A stretch of 64,000 nt of DNA, from contig NC_043019.1 of the NCBI RefSeq assembly GCF_006345805.1, positions 21,513,360-21,577,359 on the forward strand, read 5' to 3'. Under the pieces are notes generated by a model. That model saw only the letters and a program-made list of their open reading frames with translations, did no database searches and had not been told where the DNA came from. How positions within the stretch are numbered: the stretch's first letter is position 1; each line of letters starts with the position of its first letter. The stretch is from Octopus sinensis (Eukaryota). Shown one piece after another: positions 13,621-27,112 of this stretch. The translations under genes were made by a program, and so were the position numbers.

Positions 13621-16097
13621 ATTTTGAATGTCTCAGTTTATAGGGAGCAACCCACTAACAGGGCTGGTACAAGGAAGTGTGGGGCCCTCAAATCTACAAA
13701 AGCTGAAGATTGATGTTTTATGCTTCATGTCCCAGCCAAAAGGTGTTGAGGGCTTGAGGCTCCAACATTAGCCATAATGATATACTAATAAATTCATCAT
13801 AGCATCCTCTGCTCAAGTGCGCAGGGCCCTCTCTTGGTGTGGGGGCCAATCTGAACAAATCTATGTAATAGACTTAAAGCTTGCCCTGCCTGCTATTCAC
13901 ATAAATTCTACCTGGAATAAGACTAACCTCAGTCAAGATGATGATAATAATTTCTTTGTAATTTTGGCACAAGGTCAGCAATTTTGAGGGGAAGGAACTA
14001 GTCAATTACATTGATCCCAGTACATCACTGGTACTTTAATGACCTCAGAGTGAACAAAAACAAAGTCAACACTGACAGGATTTGAACTCAGAATGTAAAG
14101 AGCTAGAACAAATATTGTAAAGCAATTTTTCCGAATCTAATGATTCTGCCAGCTCTCCAATAACAATAATGATTTCTGATATAAACCCACAAAATTGGTA
14201 CTGACCTCAGTACTTTACCAGTACTTCACTGAGCCCAGAATGATCAAAAATGAAGCTGACCTGGACCAATCCCATCTTTTTTTTTTTTTTTTCAGACATA
14301 AGTGAAGGTGTGATTATAAACACAGGCATGGGCTGTGTGGTAAGAAGCTTGCTTCTGAACTACATCATACCAGGTTCAGTCCCACAGTGTGGCACCTTGG
14401 GCAAGTATCTTCTACAGTACACTCAGGCCAACCAAACCCTTATGAGTGGATTTGGTAGATGATAACTAAGAAGCTCATCTGTGTGTGTGTGTGTTTTTTG
14501 TTTGTTCCCTACCACCACTTGACAACTAGTGTTGGTTTGTTTATGTCCCCATACCTGAGCAGTTCAGCATAAGACTGATGGAATAAGTCCCTGACTTCAA
14601 AAAATGGTGTATCACAGACTACATTATTTAATGAGCCATCCCAGCAGTAAAATATCAGCGGTACCTGGTTCTCTTTAATTAGTTTTTAATTAGTTGAACT
14701 AGGCCAAAAAGAGTTACGCACCTTGTTTCACACCACTCTCCCATTTTTTATAACAATTTTGGTGCAATTTGTGACATGACAAAATGAGATCTATTAACAG
14801 TAGAGAGGAGATTATTGAATCAAACACAATGGTGAGGTGAAGGAGTACACAGGTAGGGGTAGTTGATGACTATATAAAATTTTGCACCTAAGGGAAACAA
14901 CTGAAATTTTTATAATGATACTGAAAATGTACATACACTTGTATTACAAACACGCACCTACACCAAGTGTGTGTATTACCTCAAGTATCAGATTTAAAAA
15001 AAACCTTTGAATTGAAAAAGGTGAAGGCTATGTTCTCTCAAAATTGTTCAATTCTTATGATGTAAACGATATATCTATATCTATTGCACATACTCAATGT
15101 ATGTGTTTTGTTTACTGGTTTGCTGCGGTATAGCGCCTTATGGGACAACTCCCTCATTATGTTGGGTAATAAAAAAACACTTGAAATCTTAGACAAGTGT
15201 TTTAACTGGCATGTAAATAAACTAAACACATGCATTCAGTATGTGCAGAAGATAATGTTTACAACATTAGCACTGCTTTTAATTTGTTATTAAATATCTA
15301 CTTATCTATCTATCTATACATACATACATATATCTATATTATACGCACACAAAAAAAAGCGTGTGTGTGTACATGTATATGTAACCATTCCAGTTGTTGT
15401 TGAGCAATGAACCATAATCAAACAAAACTTCTGATCAAACAATTACCAGCCATGACCAGCCTGTCTTTCTACTGATATATAGTTCCTGCATTACAATAAA
15501 CATTGTGACCAATCCAAAATTGTGTGTATATAAACACAATGACAAGGGTAGGATAATGGAGTTGGGAAAAACACAGGGTAATATAGTTCTAGTTCTAGAT
15601 GTACATAAGATGATGAAATGGTCCAGGATGGAAGGTTTTTTTTTTTATTACAGGTCTACTTGATCAGAATTAATCTGGGCTAGACAACACAACAGAGTCA
15701 CAAACACAAACTGTGTAGTTAAGTAGTCTATTTTGCAACTGCATGTCTTAGTGTCCAATTCTACTGCATATCTTGGGACAGCATCATCTTCTGCAGCTTC
15801 AGAGTGACCAGAGCCTTCTGAGGGAAGTTTGGTAAATGGAAACAGCTTGGAAGCTCATCAGAAGCACCATTCCTGCTATTGAGTAGTAGACTTAATACAA
15901 CACCTAGCTTAATACCACAACATGATATCTGAGAGCCTTTAGCAGAGTTTAATCTGTTGCAAATATCCAGGCCATATCTCTGATGTAAAGATAACATTCC
16001 CTTTCTTAATCTCACCACTCTCAGTGGCTTTTAAAAGCATCACAGATGCTGCTTTTGTCACTTTGACTAAATGACAAAAAAAATAATATAAGGTATA

Positions 16098-16332
16098 TAT
16101 TTCTTTACTACCCACAAGGGGCTAAACACAGAGGGGACAAACAAGGACAGACAAAGGGATTAAGTCAATTACATCAACCCCAGTGCGTAACTGGTACTTA
16201 TTTAATCGACCCCGAAAGGATGAAAGGCAAAGTTGACCTCGGCGGAATTTGAACTCAGAACGTAGCGGCAGACGAAATACGGCTACGCATTTCGCCCGGC
16301 GTGCTAACGTTTCTGCCAGCTCGCTGTCTTCT
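16098..16332 (-). mobile_element. SINE family B, young copy
   Basis: Head GCGAGCTGGCAG, GAGTTCAAATTC B-box, central GCCTTTCATCCTTTCGGGGTCGAT domain, tail GTAGTAAAGAAATA; TSD-like TAATATAAG on both sides. Confidence 0.85.
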
Positions 16333-16982
16333 CTAATATAAGATATAAAGACCAAATAAAACCGACTGAAGGACAAGCAAGTGCTGAGTTTCAGGTTATG
16401 CCATTGTAGTTATATTTATTTTATTGGAAGTTTCCTTCCAACACATTGAAAAAAAAACCCCCAAAAAACCCCTCATTAAATGAAGAAAATGGGAATGGAT
16501 CATATAAATAGAAAATTTGAAATCTTTTGCTTGTTGAGCTGTAAATCCTTAAGAAGTTAATCTTTCTCAGGAATCCAGATTGATTTAACTTTATCAAATA
16601 AGTTGACAGGACTTGGTTGTATTAACACTTCGCCTACCATGAGAGTCACAAAGTGATTCCCCATGCTATATTCTTAATAAGGTGCAAAATAGGTTTGGCT
16701 GTCAAAGTTTAAAAAACAAAATATAACAATCTGAAAATGGTCTTTTACATTGAAATCAAAAAGAGCAAAACGTCCAGAGTTGTCTCCCATACTTGCCAAA
16801 TTAAAATATTATCAGGTAATGGTTAATATAATTTTTGTTTCTTCACTGTATAATTCTTACTAATTAACTTTTTTATGTCTCCCACTACCAACACCACCAT
16901 TAAATGTTAACACAAACTTCAAAACAATGACTATGAAATTCACAGAAGCTAGTGACAGTCTGCATTGACTGACAGCATTCCG

Positions 16983-18272
<1,290 letters not shown>

Positions 18273-18341
18273 ACACACACATATATATATCTATATACAT
18301 GAGAGAGAGAGAGAGTATATTGTGCTAAGATGATCAGTTAC

Positions 18342-18543
18342 CTTATATCCATCCCAAGTAGTGACGCACGCCGAAGAATTGCTCGTGACTGAGCATTGGT
18401 GACCCTCCGCATGTTTTCATTGTTGATGGACACAATATAGTCACCAACGGCAATACGTCCGTCTTTACTGACAGCGCCATCTGGTGATATTGATTTCACC
18501 ACACAACCATTTAGTCCTTTATCTACAGCATCTACAGTAATAC
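18342..18543 (-). CDS. MPDZ: MPDZ-family exon: body of PDZ6 (missed by ORF track)
   Basis: ttatag|GT acceptor and AG|gtaact donor; 202 bp, phase 1-2. Manual translation gives (G)ITVDAVDKGLNGCVVKSISPDGAVSKDGRIAVGDYIVSINNENMRRVTNAQSRAILRRASLLGMDI(S), matching the MPDZ PDZ6 motif DGRIAIGD...TNAQARAMLRR. Confidence 0.93.
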
Positions 18544-18820
18544 CTATAAAACAAGAAAAAACATTTATGTAAGAACTAAAAAACCTTTTTGTAAATAGGA
18601 GTCTATTTGGCTATTTTAAAGGACCAAAATAGAGAATGTGATGACATCATTAAAGACAGTATTTCGAAAACAGAATATGGCAACGCTTCTTCCCTGTTCT
18701 CACCACTGGTCCAGGTCAGTTCTTTATTCAAAATGACTACCTTATTAGATAGGGAACTAGACAACATCTTGTTTGTACATTTTGTTTTAGAATTGGAGTC
18801 TATGACTAAACCAATAATTT

Positions 18821-19223
18821 AGGTGCAGGAGTGGCTGTGTGGTAAGTAGCTTGCTAACCAACCACATGGTTCCGGGTTCAGTCCCACTGCGTGGCACTTT
18901 GGGCAAGTGTCTTCTACTATAGCCTCGGGCCGACCAAAGCCTTGTGAGTGGATTTGGTTGACGGAAACTGAAAGAAGCCTGTCGTGTATATGTATATATA
19001 TGTGTGCGTGTTTGTGTGTCTGTGTTTGTCCTCCCAACATCGCTTGACAACCGATGCTGGTGTGTTCATGTCCCCGTAACTTAGCGGTTCGGCAAAAGAG
19101 ACTGATAGAATAAGTACTAGGCTTACAAAGAATAAGTCCTGGGGTCGATTTGCTCAACTAAAGGCGGTGCTCCAGCATGGCCGCAGTCAAATGACTGAAA
19201 CAAGTAAAAAAAAAAAAAAAAAA
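18821..19223 (+). mobile_element. SINE family A, full-length young copy with A-tail
   Basis: tRNA-like head (GGTTCAGTCCC B-box); near-identical to the copies at 25077-25495 and 56523-56961; poly(A) end. Confidence 0.9.
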
Positions 19224-20009
19224 ATTCTACAGAGTGCACTGAGAGTATTTTGCCAATGGTGCCTGCACCAGAAAGGTTGTTATGTCTTTACAAAGACTAA
19301 AGCATCCTCTCTATTCTCTATTCTTGATACTTATTTCCCAACCACTTTACAGAATATGATGGGAGCATTTTATTCCTTTTATGACAGAACCAGCACTAGA
19401 AAAGTTCTCATGACCTTGACGGACTAAAGATCTTCTTGACCCTATGCTGTCTCTACTCATTTTAGCACAACTACTTTACTAGCATTAGAAATGTTATCAT
19501 GTCTTCAACAACACGAATGAGTACTCTCTTGTCTATGTTACCTCTGCTCATCCATGAGCCAGTGCACAGGGTATGTTTCATCATAGCACCAACACTAGAG
19601 ATGTAGTCATGACTTCAGCCAGACTAAAGAGTCGTCTTGACCTTACAGTGTCTCTGCCAAAGGGTACTTTTTTGTTCTACATTTACCAACTACTTTACAA
19701 GGTCTGCTGTTTATATTTTATTACAATGCCGACACCAGAAACATCATCTGCCCTTGACAGAAGAAAGGATCTTCTATACTCTATATTGTCCCCACTCATT
19801 TGGCTACAACTTCATAGAGTGGACTGAGTATGTTTTACCATGGCACCATGATGATTGAATGACAGAAATATGTTTTTGTTGTACACAAATTCTTAAGTAA
19901 ATTCTCCAGTAGAGTTACTGTCATATGTCGAGCAAAGATCTTTATTTTGATACATTTCCACATAGTCAATAGTTGGGTTTATATTTCAGTTGATATAAAT
20001 ATCAGTTGG

Positions 20010-20560
20010 GAGACAATTCACAGCTAAGAGCCAGAAGAAATGCCTCTATGCATTTCGTCTGACATGCTAATGATTCTGCCATTGCCTTAATAATGGTTTC
20101 ACATTTTGGCACAAGTCAAGCAGTTTCGGCGGGACGGGGTAAGTCTACATTGAGCCCAGTGCTCAGCTGGTACTTATTTTATCGACCCCGAAAGGATGAA
20201 GGGTAAAGCCAGCCTTGGAGGAATTTGAACTCAGAATGTAAAGATGGATGAAAAGTCACTAAGTATTTTTTTGCCCTGGTGTGCTAATGATTATTCCAGC
20301 TTGCCCCCTTAATCACTGCCTTAATAAATATAATAACAATGCTTTCAAATTTTAGCATAGGGCCAGCAATTTTTTAGGACAGGGGAAGCTGATTACATTA
20401 ACCCTAGTCCATGACTGGTACTTATTTTATCAACACTGAAGGGATGAAAAGTCAAAGTGGACCTTAGTGGAATTTGAACTCTGAACACAGAGATGGATGA
20501 AATGTCTGTAAGCATTTTGTTCGGTGTGCTAATGATTCTGCCAGCTTGCTACATTATTAT
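20010..20560 (-). mobile_element. Head-to-tail array of older family B SINEs
   Basis: Repeated units ...TTTTGGCACAAG...GGTACTTATTTTATCGACCCCGAAAGGATGAA...GAATTTGAACTC...TGCTAATGATTCTGCC separated by TAA repeats. Confidence 0.75.
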
Positions 20561-21839
20561 TATTATTAGTAGTAGTAGTAGTAGTAGCAGTAGTAGTAGT
20601 AGTAGCAGCAGCAGTAGCAGTAGTAGTAGTAGTAGTAGTAATAATAATATATTCTCAGACAGAGAAAAATTACTTGGTCAAAGGTCATGAAGTATGTACC
20701 ATTGCCCTGGACATAAAGATGCTTCGTAACAGAGGCTGACACAATATAATACTCAAAGGGCTTGTGGCTAATTGCTTCAGTGGTTGTGAAACTAATTAGA
20801 CAGAATATCCATCAATGGCATTCTTTCAGATCAATATTTTCATCCGTCACCAGTCAATGGACCATTCACAGAATGTTCAATGTCAGACCAGTTTTTAGTT
20901 TTCAAAAATGACCTGATTTATCAATGCCTGCAAATGCGTGTTGTATCCATAAGGTGATGACATTACAATATTTTCCCAAGTAAGAACTTTAGTGAAGGCA
21001 TATGGCTTAGTGATTAGAGTATCTGGTTCATGAATGTAAGATTGTGAGTTTGATTCTTTGTGGAGCATTGTGTCCTTAAGCAAAACACTTTAGCCATGTC
21101 CCTTTGCATTAAATATGCTAACACAAACTTAACTATTGTTTTTCATGCAGATGGTGTCTCTGAGTCTGGATCAAGGGTCTAAAAGGCTTAGAATTTTATA
21201 ACTCTTTTTTAAAAAAAAGTTACTCTGCAGGTTGTTGTGTGGTTAAGAAGTTCATTTTGCAATCACATAGTATCAGGTTCAATCCCACTAAGCAGTACTT
21301 TGGGCAAATGTCTTCTACTATAACCTTGGGCTAATCAATGCCTTGTGAATGAATTTAGTAGATGGGAACTGTGTGGAACCTAGTTGTATAACTGTGTGTG
21401 TAGCATCCAGCATGCTCTGATAAGTGGCTGGTCTTAGGAAGGGCATGTAACCATAGAAACCATGCCACAACAGACAGTTGGAGTCCAGACAGCACCCTGC
21501 TAGCCAACTCAATGTCAAACCAACCATCCAATCAATGCTAGCATGGAGACTGGACATTAAACGATGATGATGGTAATGATACGTATGTGTGTGTGTTATT
21601 GCGTCTGTACCCCTGCCAACTGCTTGACAACTAGTGTTGGTTTATTTATATTTCTGTAACTTAGTGGTTCAGCAAAATAGACTGATAGAATGAGACCTTG
21701 ACTTAAAAAAATAAGTACTGGGATTGATTTGTGAGACAAAATCTTTCAAAGCAGTGCCCCAGAATAGCTGCAATCCAATTACTGAAACAAATAAAAGATA
21801 ATGACTACAAAAGATTTGTGTTGAAACAGAAATATTTAT

Positions 21840-22167
21840 GCATAATTAAATCTCAGAATGAGATTGAAACAGTAATCGCTCGATAATGTAAAGTATAGAA
21901 GCCATCTTATCATGGCTAACCACATAGGGGAGGGGGTGTTACTGTAGCTTTATAGCCCCAAGAGATCGTCATCTCTAGCTGGCTTTAGACACCATATCAG
22001 TGCCCTTGAAGTATTTGCAACCCTTTGCAACTCTTTGCAAATACTTCAAGGGCATTGATATGGTGTCTAAAGCCAGCTAGAGACGAAGATCTCTTGGGGC
22101 TATAAAGCTACAGTAACACCCCCTCCCCTATGTGGTTAGCCATGATAAGATGGCTTCTATACTTTAT
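21840..22167. mobile_element. Penelope-like palindromic insertion 1: 49-bp unpaired end plus 132-bp inverted arms
   Basis: Arms 21889-22020 and 22035-22166 with 3 mismatches; 12-bp direct repeat AGAAATATTTAT at 21828-21839 and 22168-22179. Confidence 0.75.
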
Positions 22168-22231
22168 AGAAATATTTATCTTCATTGAAAAAGAAAAAAA
22201 AAAATGATTAAAAAAAAGTTCGTTAACGAAC

Positions 22232-22475
22232 CTAAATGCTGCTGTCCTTTCTGAACTTTGATGTTTTTCTCCAGTGAAGCAGGTAAGGAGTCGACAGAGC
22301 CACTTAATGATCGTAAAGAAATTGGTGATGGAAGCGGTGACATTCTTGGAGACATTGTGCGTGGTGTGGATGATGGTGATGAAAATGCTTTAAGGTCACT
22401 TGTGGTGAAATGATCGGATGATGAACTATCCACACTTTCAGACTTTTTGTGGCCAATATGAGCTTTTAGATTTAC
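22232..22475 (-). CDS. MPDZ: MPDZ-family exon: Ser/Pro-rich linker and start of PDZ6 (…LEKNIKVQKGQQHLG)
   Basis: ctgtag|GTA acceptor and TTAG|gttcgt donor; 244 bp, phase 0-1. The split Gly codon joins the next exon in frame. Confidence 0.88.
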
Positions 22476-22522
22476 CTACAGTTGCAAAGAAAGAAAAGAA
22501 AATGGTAAACCGTAATTAAGCT

Positions 22523-22750
22523 TTAACCCTTTAGTGTTTAAACCGGCCATATCCGGCTAAAATATTTTACCTATTTTATGTTCAAACTAGTCAGATATAG
22601 TCATTCATAGCTATTTTATTGTGTCATTTTAAAAATAAAGAATCACATCATTGAAATCTCAAAGCCATGAAATGATACAAGATTAATTTTACATGGTGTG
22701 AATACACAAGCGCTACATTTTACAGAATAATCTGAATGCTAAAGGATTAA
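22523..22750. mobile_element. piggyBac-like MITE
   Basis: TTAA-CCCTTTAG ... CTAAAGGA-TTAA termini; related fragments near 33427 and 58160-58345. Confidence 0.65.
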
Positions 22751-22961
22751 ATGGAATAATAAAGTGATGTTTATAAAGGGTTATCAAAGATTTGCAGCTA
22801 ACAGTTCCAGCTGAATGTCAAACCAAATTAATCTCCCCAGTTCTTAGAGAGTGAGCTTATAATTAGCTCAAAATAGTAAAAACTTTACAGCTTGGCAAGT
22901 TGGCTCATTGTTAAACTTTGAAGTCCCAGACATCCATTTTCTTGTAAAAATAAAATTAACA

Positions 22962-23218
22962 ATAATAAATCTCTGAGCGAGGTATAAACAATAGCTGCAA
23001 CACATCGTGAAGTATTTTTGCCACTTAAATGTGGCTAACCCCTAAGGGTGGATGCTACTGTAGCTTGTAGCCCCAGGAGGACACCTCCTCCAGCTGGCTA
23101 TTGACACACTTTTTGACACAACTCCTCCAGGTGGAGGAGGTGTCCTCCTGGGGCTACAAGTTACAGTAGCATCCACCCTTAGGGGTTAGCCACATTCAAG
23201 TGGCAAAAATACTTCATG
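22962..23218. mobile_element. Penelope-like palindromic insertion 2 (same family as 21840-22167)
   Basis: Arms 23004-23097 and 23127-23220 with 4 mismatches; TSD ATAAAATT(A/G)ACA at 22950-22961 and 23219-23230; homologous unpaired end TAAATCTC.GA..GAG.T..AAACA. Confidence 0.75.
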
Positions 23219-24078
23219 ATAAAATTGACACTTAAATGTATTCATGTGTTTCTCAAAAAAGTAATATTTCCTTATTGGGAGAACTGTTAGAGAGTCTGAC
23301 ACAATTACTTGCCATGTCTTGTACCAGTTTTTATCAATCTGATGAGAAAACCTCCAGTGATACTGATGTGAAGCTGTACTGGTCTTTAAAAATAGTCCCT
23401 CTCATTTGGACAAAATTGGTGACATGTAGAGGAGAACCATCAATTTTATGTTTATAATTGTAGATACATGGCCAAACTTGACCAATAGGCATCTGAGACT
23501 AACAGTCTGGTCACAGACCAATGACTGCAACCAGATGAAGGTAGTGCCTTAATATAACTATTATCTGATAAGCGAAGATGATAAAGGAATCAAAGAATAA
23601 AAGAATCAAAGAATACAGTAATCTAAAAGCTACATTCAGCGCAAATATGAATACAGAGTTCAAACAGAAACTGAATATATTCAATAAATAGCTTAACTTT
23701 GGAAAATAAATGTATATATATATATATATATATTGGAAAATAAATATATATAAAAAAAAAGTCTATATTCAGATCAAAATTTCTAAAACATCAACAATAA
23801 CAACAAAAACAATGACAGTGCTGCCACTACCACTGCAGAAGACAAGTTAAACATTAATAGTAAAAGACAATAGCAGGAAACAGCCAATAAAATTCAATGT
23901 ATCAATAACACACACATACATACATACATTAGGGAAAAAAATTCAGTTAAATTAAACCAGGAAACCTGTCAGTTGGAATTCTATAGAAATCATGTTTTTC
24001 AGTTTTTATTGTTGTTGTTGTTTATATTTTTTATTATTAATTTTATTATCAAGAGGTTATTACACACACACACAACTG

Positions 24079-24138
<60 letters not shown>

Positions 24139-24201
24139 TACACACATATATAAATACACACACACACACATATGCATATATATATACACACACATATATA
24201 T

Positions 24202-24252
<51 letters not shown>

Positions 24253-24313
24253 TATAATATACACACACAACACACACACACACATATATATAGACATGTC
24301 TGGATGTGCGTAC

Positions 24314-24376
<63 letters not shown>

Positions 24377-24580
24377 CCCACACATATACATGTATCATCC
24401 TCAGAATTACTCCTACTTGAAATATGTTTTTAATATTGAAATTTCTCTCAATTCAAGAATCAATAAACATTTTTTTTGATTGTTGTTGAAATTTCCATTT
24501 ATATTTATGTATATACCATTCGTTGATTTTTTTCTTTCTTTTTTCAATCTTTGATTTCAAGAGGATGTTGTGAGAGTGAA

Positions 24581-24611
<31 letters not shown>

Positions 24612-24826
24612 TTAATTTTGTAATTATTTTGTAGTGGTTGTCACCATTAATGAAGTAGTAGTATTTGTTGATGGTGCTATCTCTCTAAACCTCACCACTT
24701 GCCTTATATAAGATTTCACTCTTCAAACACTGAAACATTTATAGTTTCTATGTAATGTTAATGCTGGTTTTCGCAGCAGCCGAATATATTGAAATAAGGG
24801 AGTAAAAAATAAGAACGATGAATATA

Positions 24827-25059
24827 CATTTCTTTATTACCCACAAGGGGCTAAACATAGAGGGGACAGAGAAGGACAGGCAAACGGATTAAGTCGATTA
24901 CATCAACCCCAGTGCGAATCTGGTTCTTTATTCATCAACCCCGAAAGGATGAAAGGCAAAGTTGACCTCGGCGGAATTTGAACTCAGAACATAACGACAG
25001 ACGAAATACCGCTAAACATTTCACCCGGAGTGTTAACGTTTCTGCCAGCTCGCCGCCCT
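24827..25059 (-). mobile_element. SINE family B, young copy with 17-bp TSD
   Basis: TAAGAACGATGAATATA at 24810-24826 and 25060-25076. Confidence 0.9.
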
Positions 25060-25076
25060 TAAGAACGATGAATATA

Positions 25077-25495
25077 GGCACAGGAGTGGCTGTGTGGTAA
25101 GTAGCTTGCTAACCAACCACATGGGTCCGGGTTCAGTCCCACTGCGTGGCATCTTGGGCAAGTGTCTTCTGCTATAGCCTCGGGCCGACCAAAGCCTTGT
25201 GAGTGGATTTGGTAGACGGAAACTGAAAGAAGCCTGTCATATATATGTATATATATATATATATATATGTATGTGTATGTATATGTTTGTGTGTCTGTGT
25301 TTGTCCCTCTAGCATTGCTTGACAACTGATGCTGGTGTGTTTACGTCCCCATCACTTAGCGGTTCGGCAAAAAGACCGATAGAATAAGTACTGGGTTTAC
25401 AAAGAATAAGTCCCGGGGTCGATTTGCTCGACTAAAGGCGGTGCTCCAGCATGGCCGCAGTCAAATGACTGAAACAAGTAAAAGAGAGTAAAGAG
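25077..25495 (+). mobile_element. SINE family A, full-length
   Basis: Near-identical to 18821-19223; (AAGAGT)-like tail. Confidence 0.9.
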
Positions 25496-26019
25496 TATGT
25501 TAATAATAATAATAATCCTTTCTACTACAGGCACAAAACCTGAAATTTTGCTGTGGTGGGATTAGTTAATTACTTTGACCCCCAGTGTTCAATGGTACTT
25601 ATTTCATCAATCCCAAAAAGATGAATTGCAAAACTGACCTCGGTAGGATTTGAACTCTGTACATAAAAAGCTGGAAGAAATGCTTGCTAAGCATTTCGCC
25701 TGATGTGCTAATGATTCTGCCAGCTCACTGCCTTAATAATAATGATAATGGTTTCAGATTTCAGTACAAGATCAAGCAATTTAGGAGAGGGGCTCAGTCA
25801 ATTGCACTGACTCTGGTGCTCAACTGGTACTTTTTATCGACCCTGAAAGGATGAAAGGCAAAGTCAACCTTGGTGGAATTTGAACTCAGAACATAGCGGC
25901 AGACGAAATACCGCTAAGCGTTTTTAGAGAATGTAAGATAACTTTATTTGGAATTGGATCTTGAGGCACATATAAAGCAATAAATAAATATGTAAATAAA
26001 TAATGTAAATATGGCACTT

Positions 26020-26383
26020 ATTCTTTTATTCTCTTACTCGTTTCAGTCACTTGACTGGGGCCATGCTGGAGCACCGCGTTTCGTTGGACAAATAAACCCC
26101 AGGACTTATTCTTTGTAAACCCAGTACTTATTCTATTGGTCTATTTTGCCAAACCACTACGTTATGGGGATGCAAACACACCAACATCGGTTGTCAAGTG
26201 ACGGTGGGAGGGACAACACAGACATACAAATACATACATGTGTATATATACAGATATACAATTGTACGCGGTTGAAGAAGGCTATTGACATACATGTTAC
26301 ATCAATTATGCATTGATATAAATTGTCCAATAAAGCCAGAAACATATGTACCGCTAAATCTTTTGCATCCTGTTTTTCTTTTG

Positions 26384-26427
<44 letters not shown>

Positions 26428-26568
26428 AGCTTCTTCCAGTTTTCCATCTACCAAATCCACTCACAAGGTTATAGTAAAAGACACTTGCCCAAGGTGCCAT
26501 GTAGTGAGACTGAACCCAGAACCATGTGGTCAAGAAGCAATCGTCTTACCACACAGCCACTCCTGCCT
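26020..26568 (-). mobile_element. SINE family A copy interrupted in its microsatellite by a hammerhead-bearing insert
   Basis: Family A tail at 26020-26250 and head at 26425-26568, with foreign sequence between them. Confidence 0.8.
26268..26354 (+). ncRNA. Minimal type-I hammerhead ribozyme motif (Penelope-like element type)
   Basis: Stem I GCGG/CCGC; core TTGAAGA; extended stem II GGCT-ATTG...CAAT-AGCC; GAAAC-ATAT-GTA with palindromic ACATATGT stem III and a GUA cleavage triplet. Confidence 0.65.
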
Positions 26569-26733
26569 AGTTGGTTATGATGACAAGGGTTGATCCAATC
26601 AACAGAATAGGCTGCTTGAGAAAAAATTATATGCAAATGGCTAAGCACTTTGCAGACACTTAACGTAGTTCTCAGTACTCTTGATGTAGTTCTCAGGGAG
26701 ATTCAGCATGACAAAACTGGAGCAATGTGCCTT

Positions 26734-27112
26734 CTTCTTCTTCTAACCGCTCAGTCGAAGTCGACTCTCGATCACTTGTTGGATCAGTGTCCTCCAGTCA
26801 GTTCTATCCTGAGCCGCTTCTTTCAGACTGGCTATGTCCATTCTGGTATCACTCTTAATGGTGTCAAGCCAGTGGGTTCTTGATCGGCCTCTTCTTCTCT
26901 TGCCACTGACCATTCCGAGCATGATGTCCTTCTCCAGGGATTTTCTCCACATAATATGACCAAAATATGCCAATCTATGCTTGGTGATCCTAGCTTCTGG
27001 CGACATTTTCGGCCTTATCTGCTTAAGAACTTCTCCATTGGTGAGCCTCGCTGTCCATGGAATCCGTAAAAGTCTTCTCCAACACCAAAGCTCGAATGCA
27101 TTAATTCTCTTC
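26734..27112 (-). mobile_element. 5'-truncated RTE/BovB-like LINE 3' end
   Basis: RINAFELWCWRRLLRIPWTAR...LAYFGHIM...LEKDIMLG.V.GKRRRGR...W.D...AAQDR.DWR; (GAA)n tail; TSD TGTGCCTT at 26726-26733 and 27113-27120. Confidence 0.9.

Noticed and set aside
18787-19157. Recurrent ORFs with QIHSQGFGRPEAIVEDTCP / GTEPGTMWL peptides
   Set aside because: These are antisense translations of SINE family A, not a protein family.
19230-19900. Possible LINE endonuclease relic (minus-strand ADDVSGVGIVIK)
   Set aside because: Only a single short motif amid stops was seen, which is insufficient evidence.
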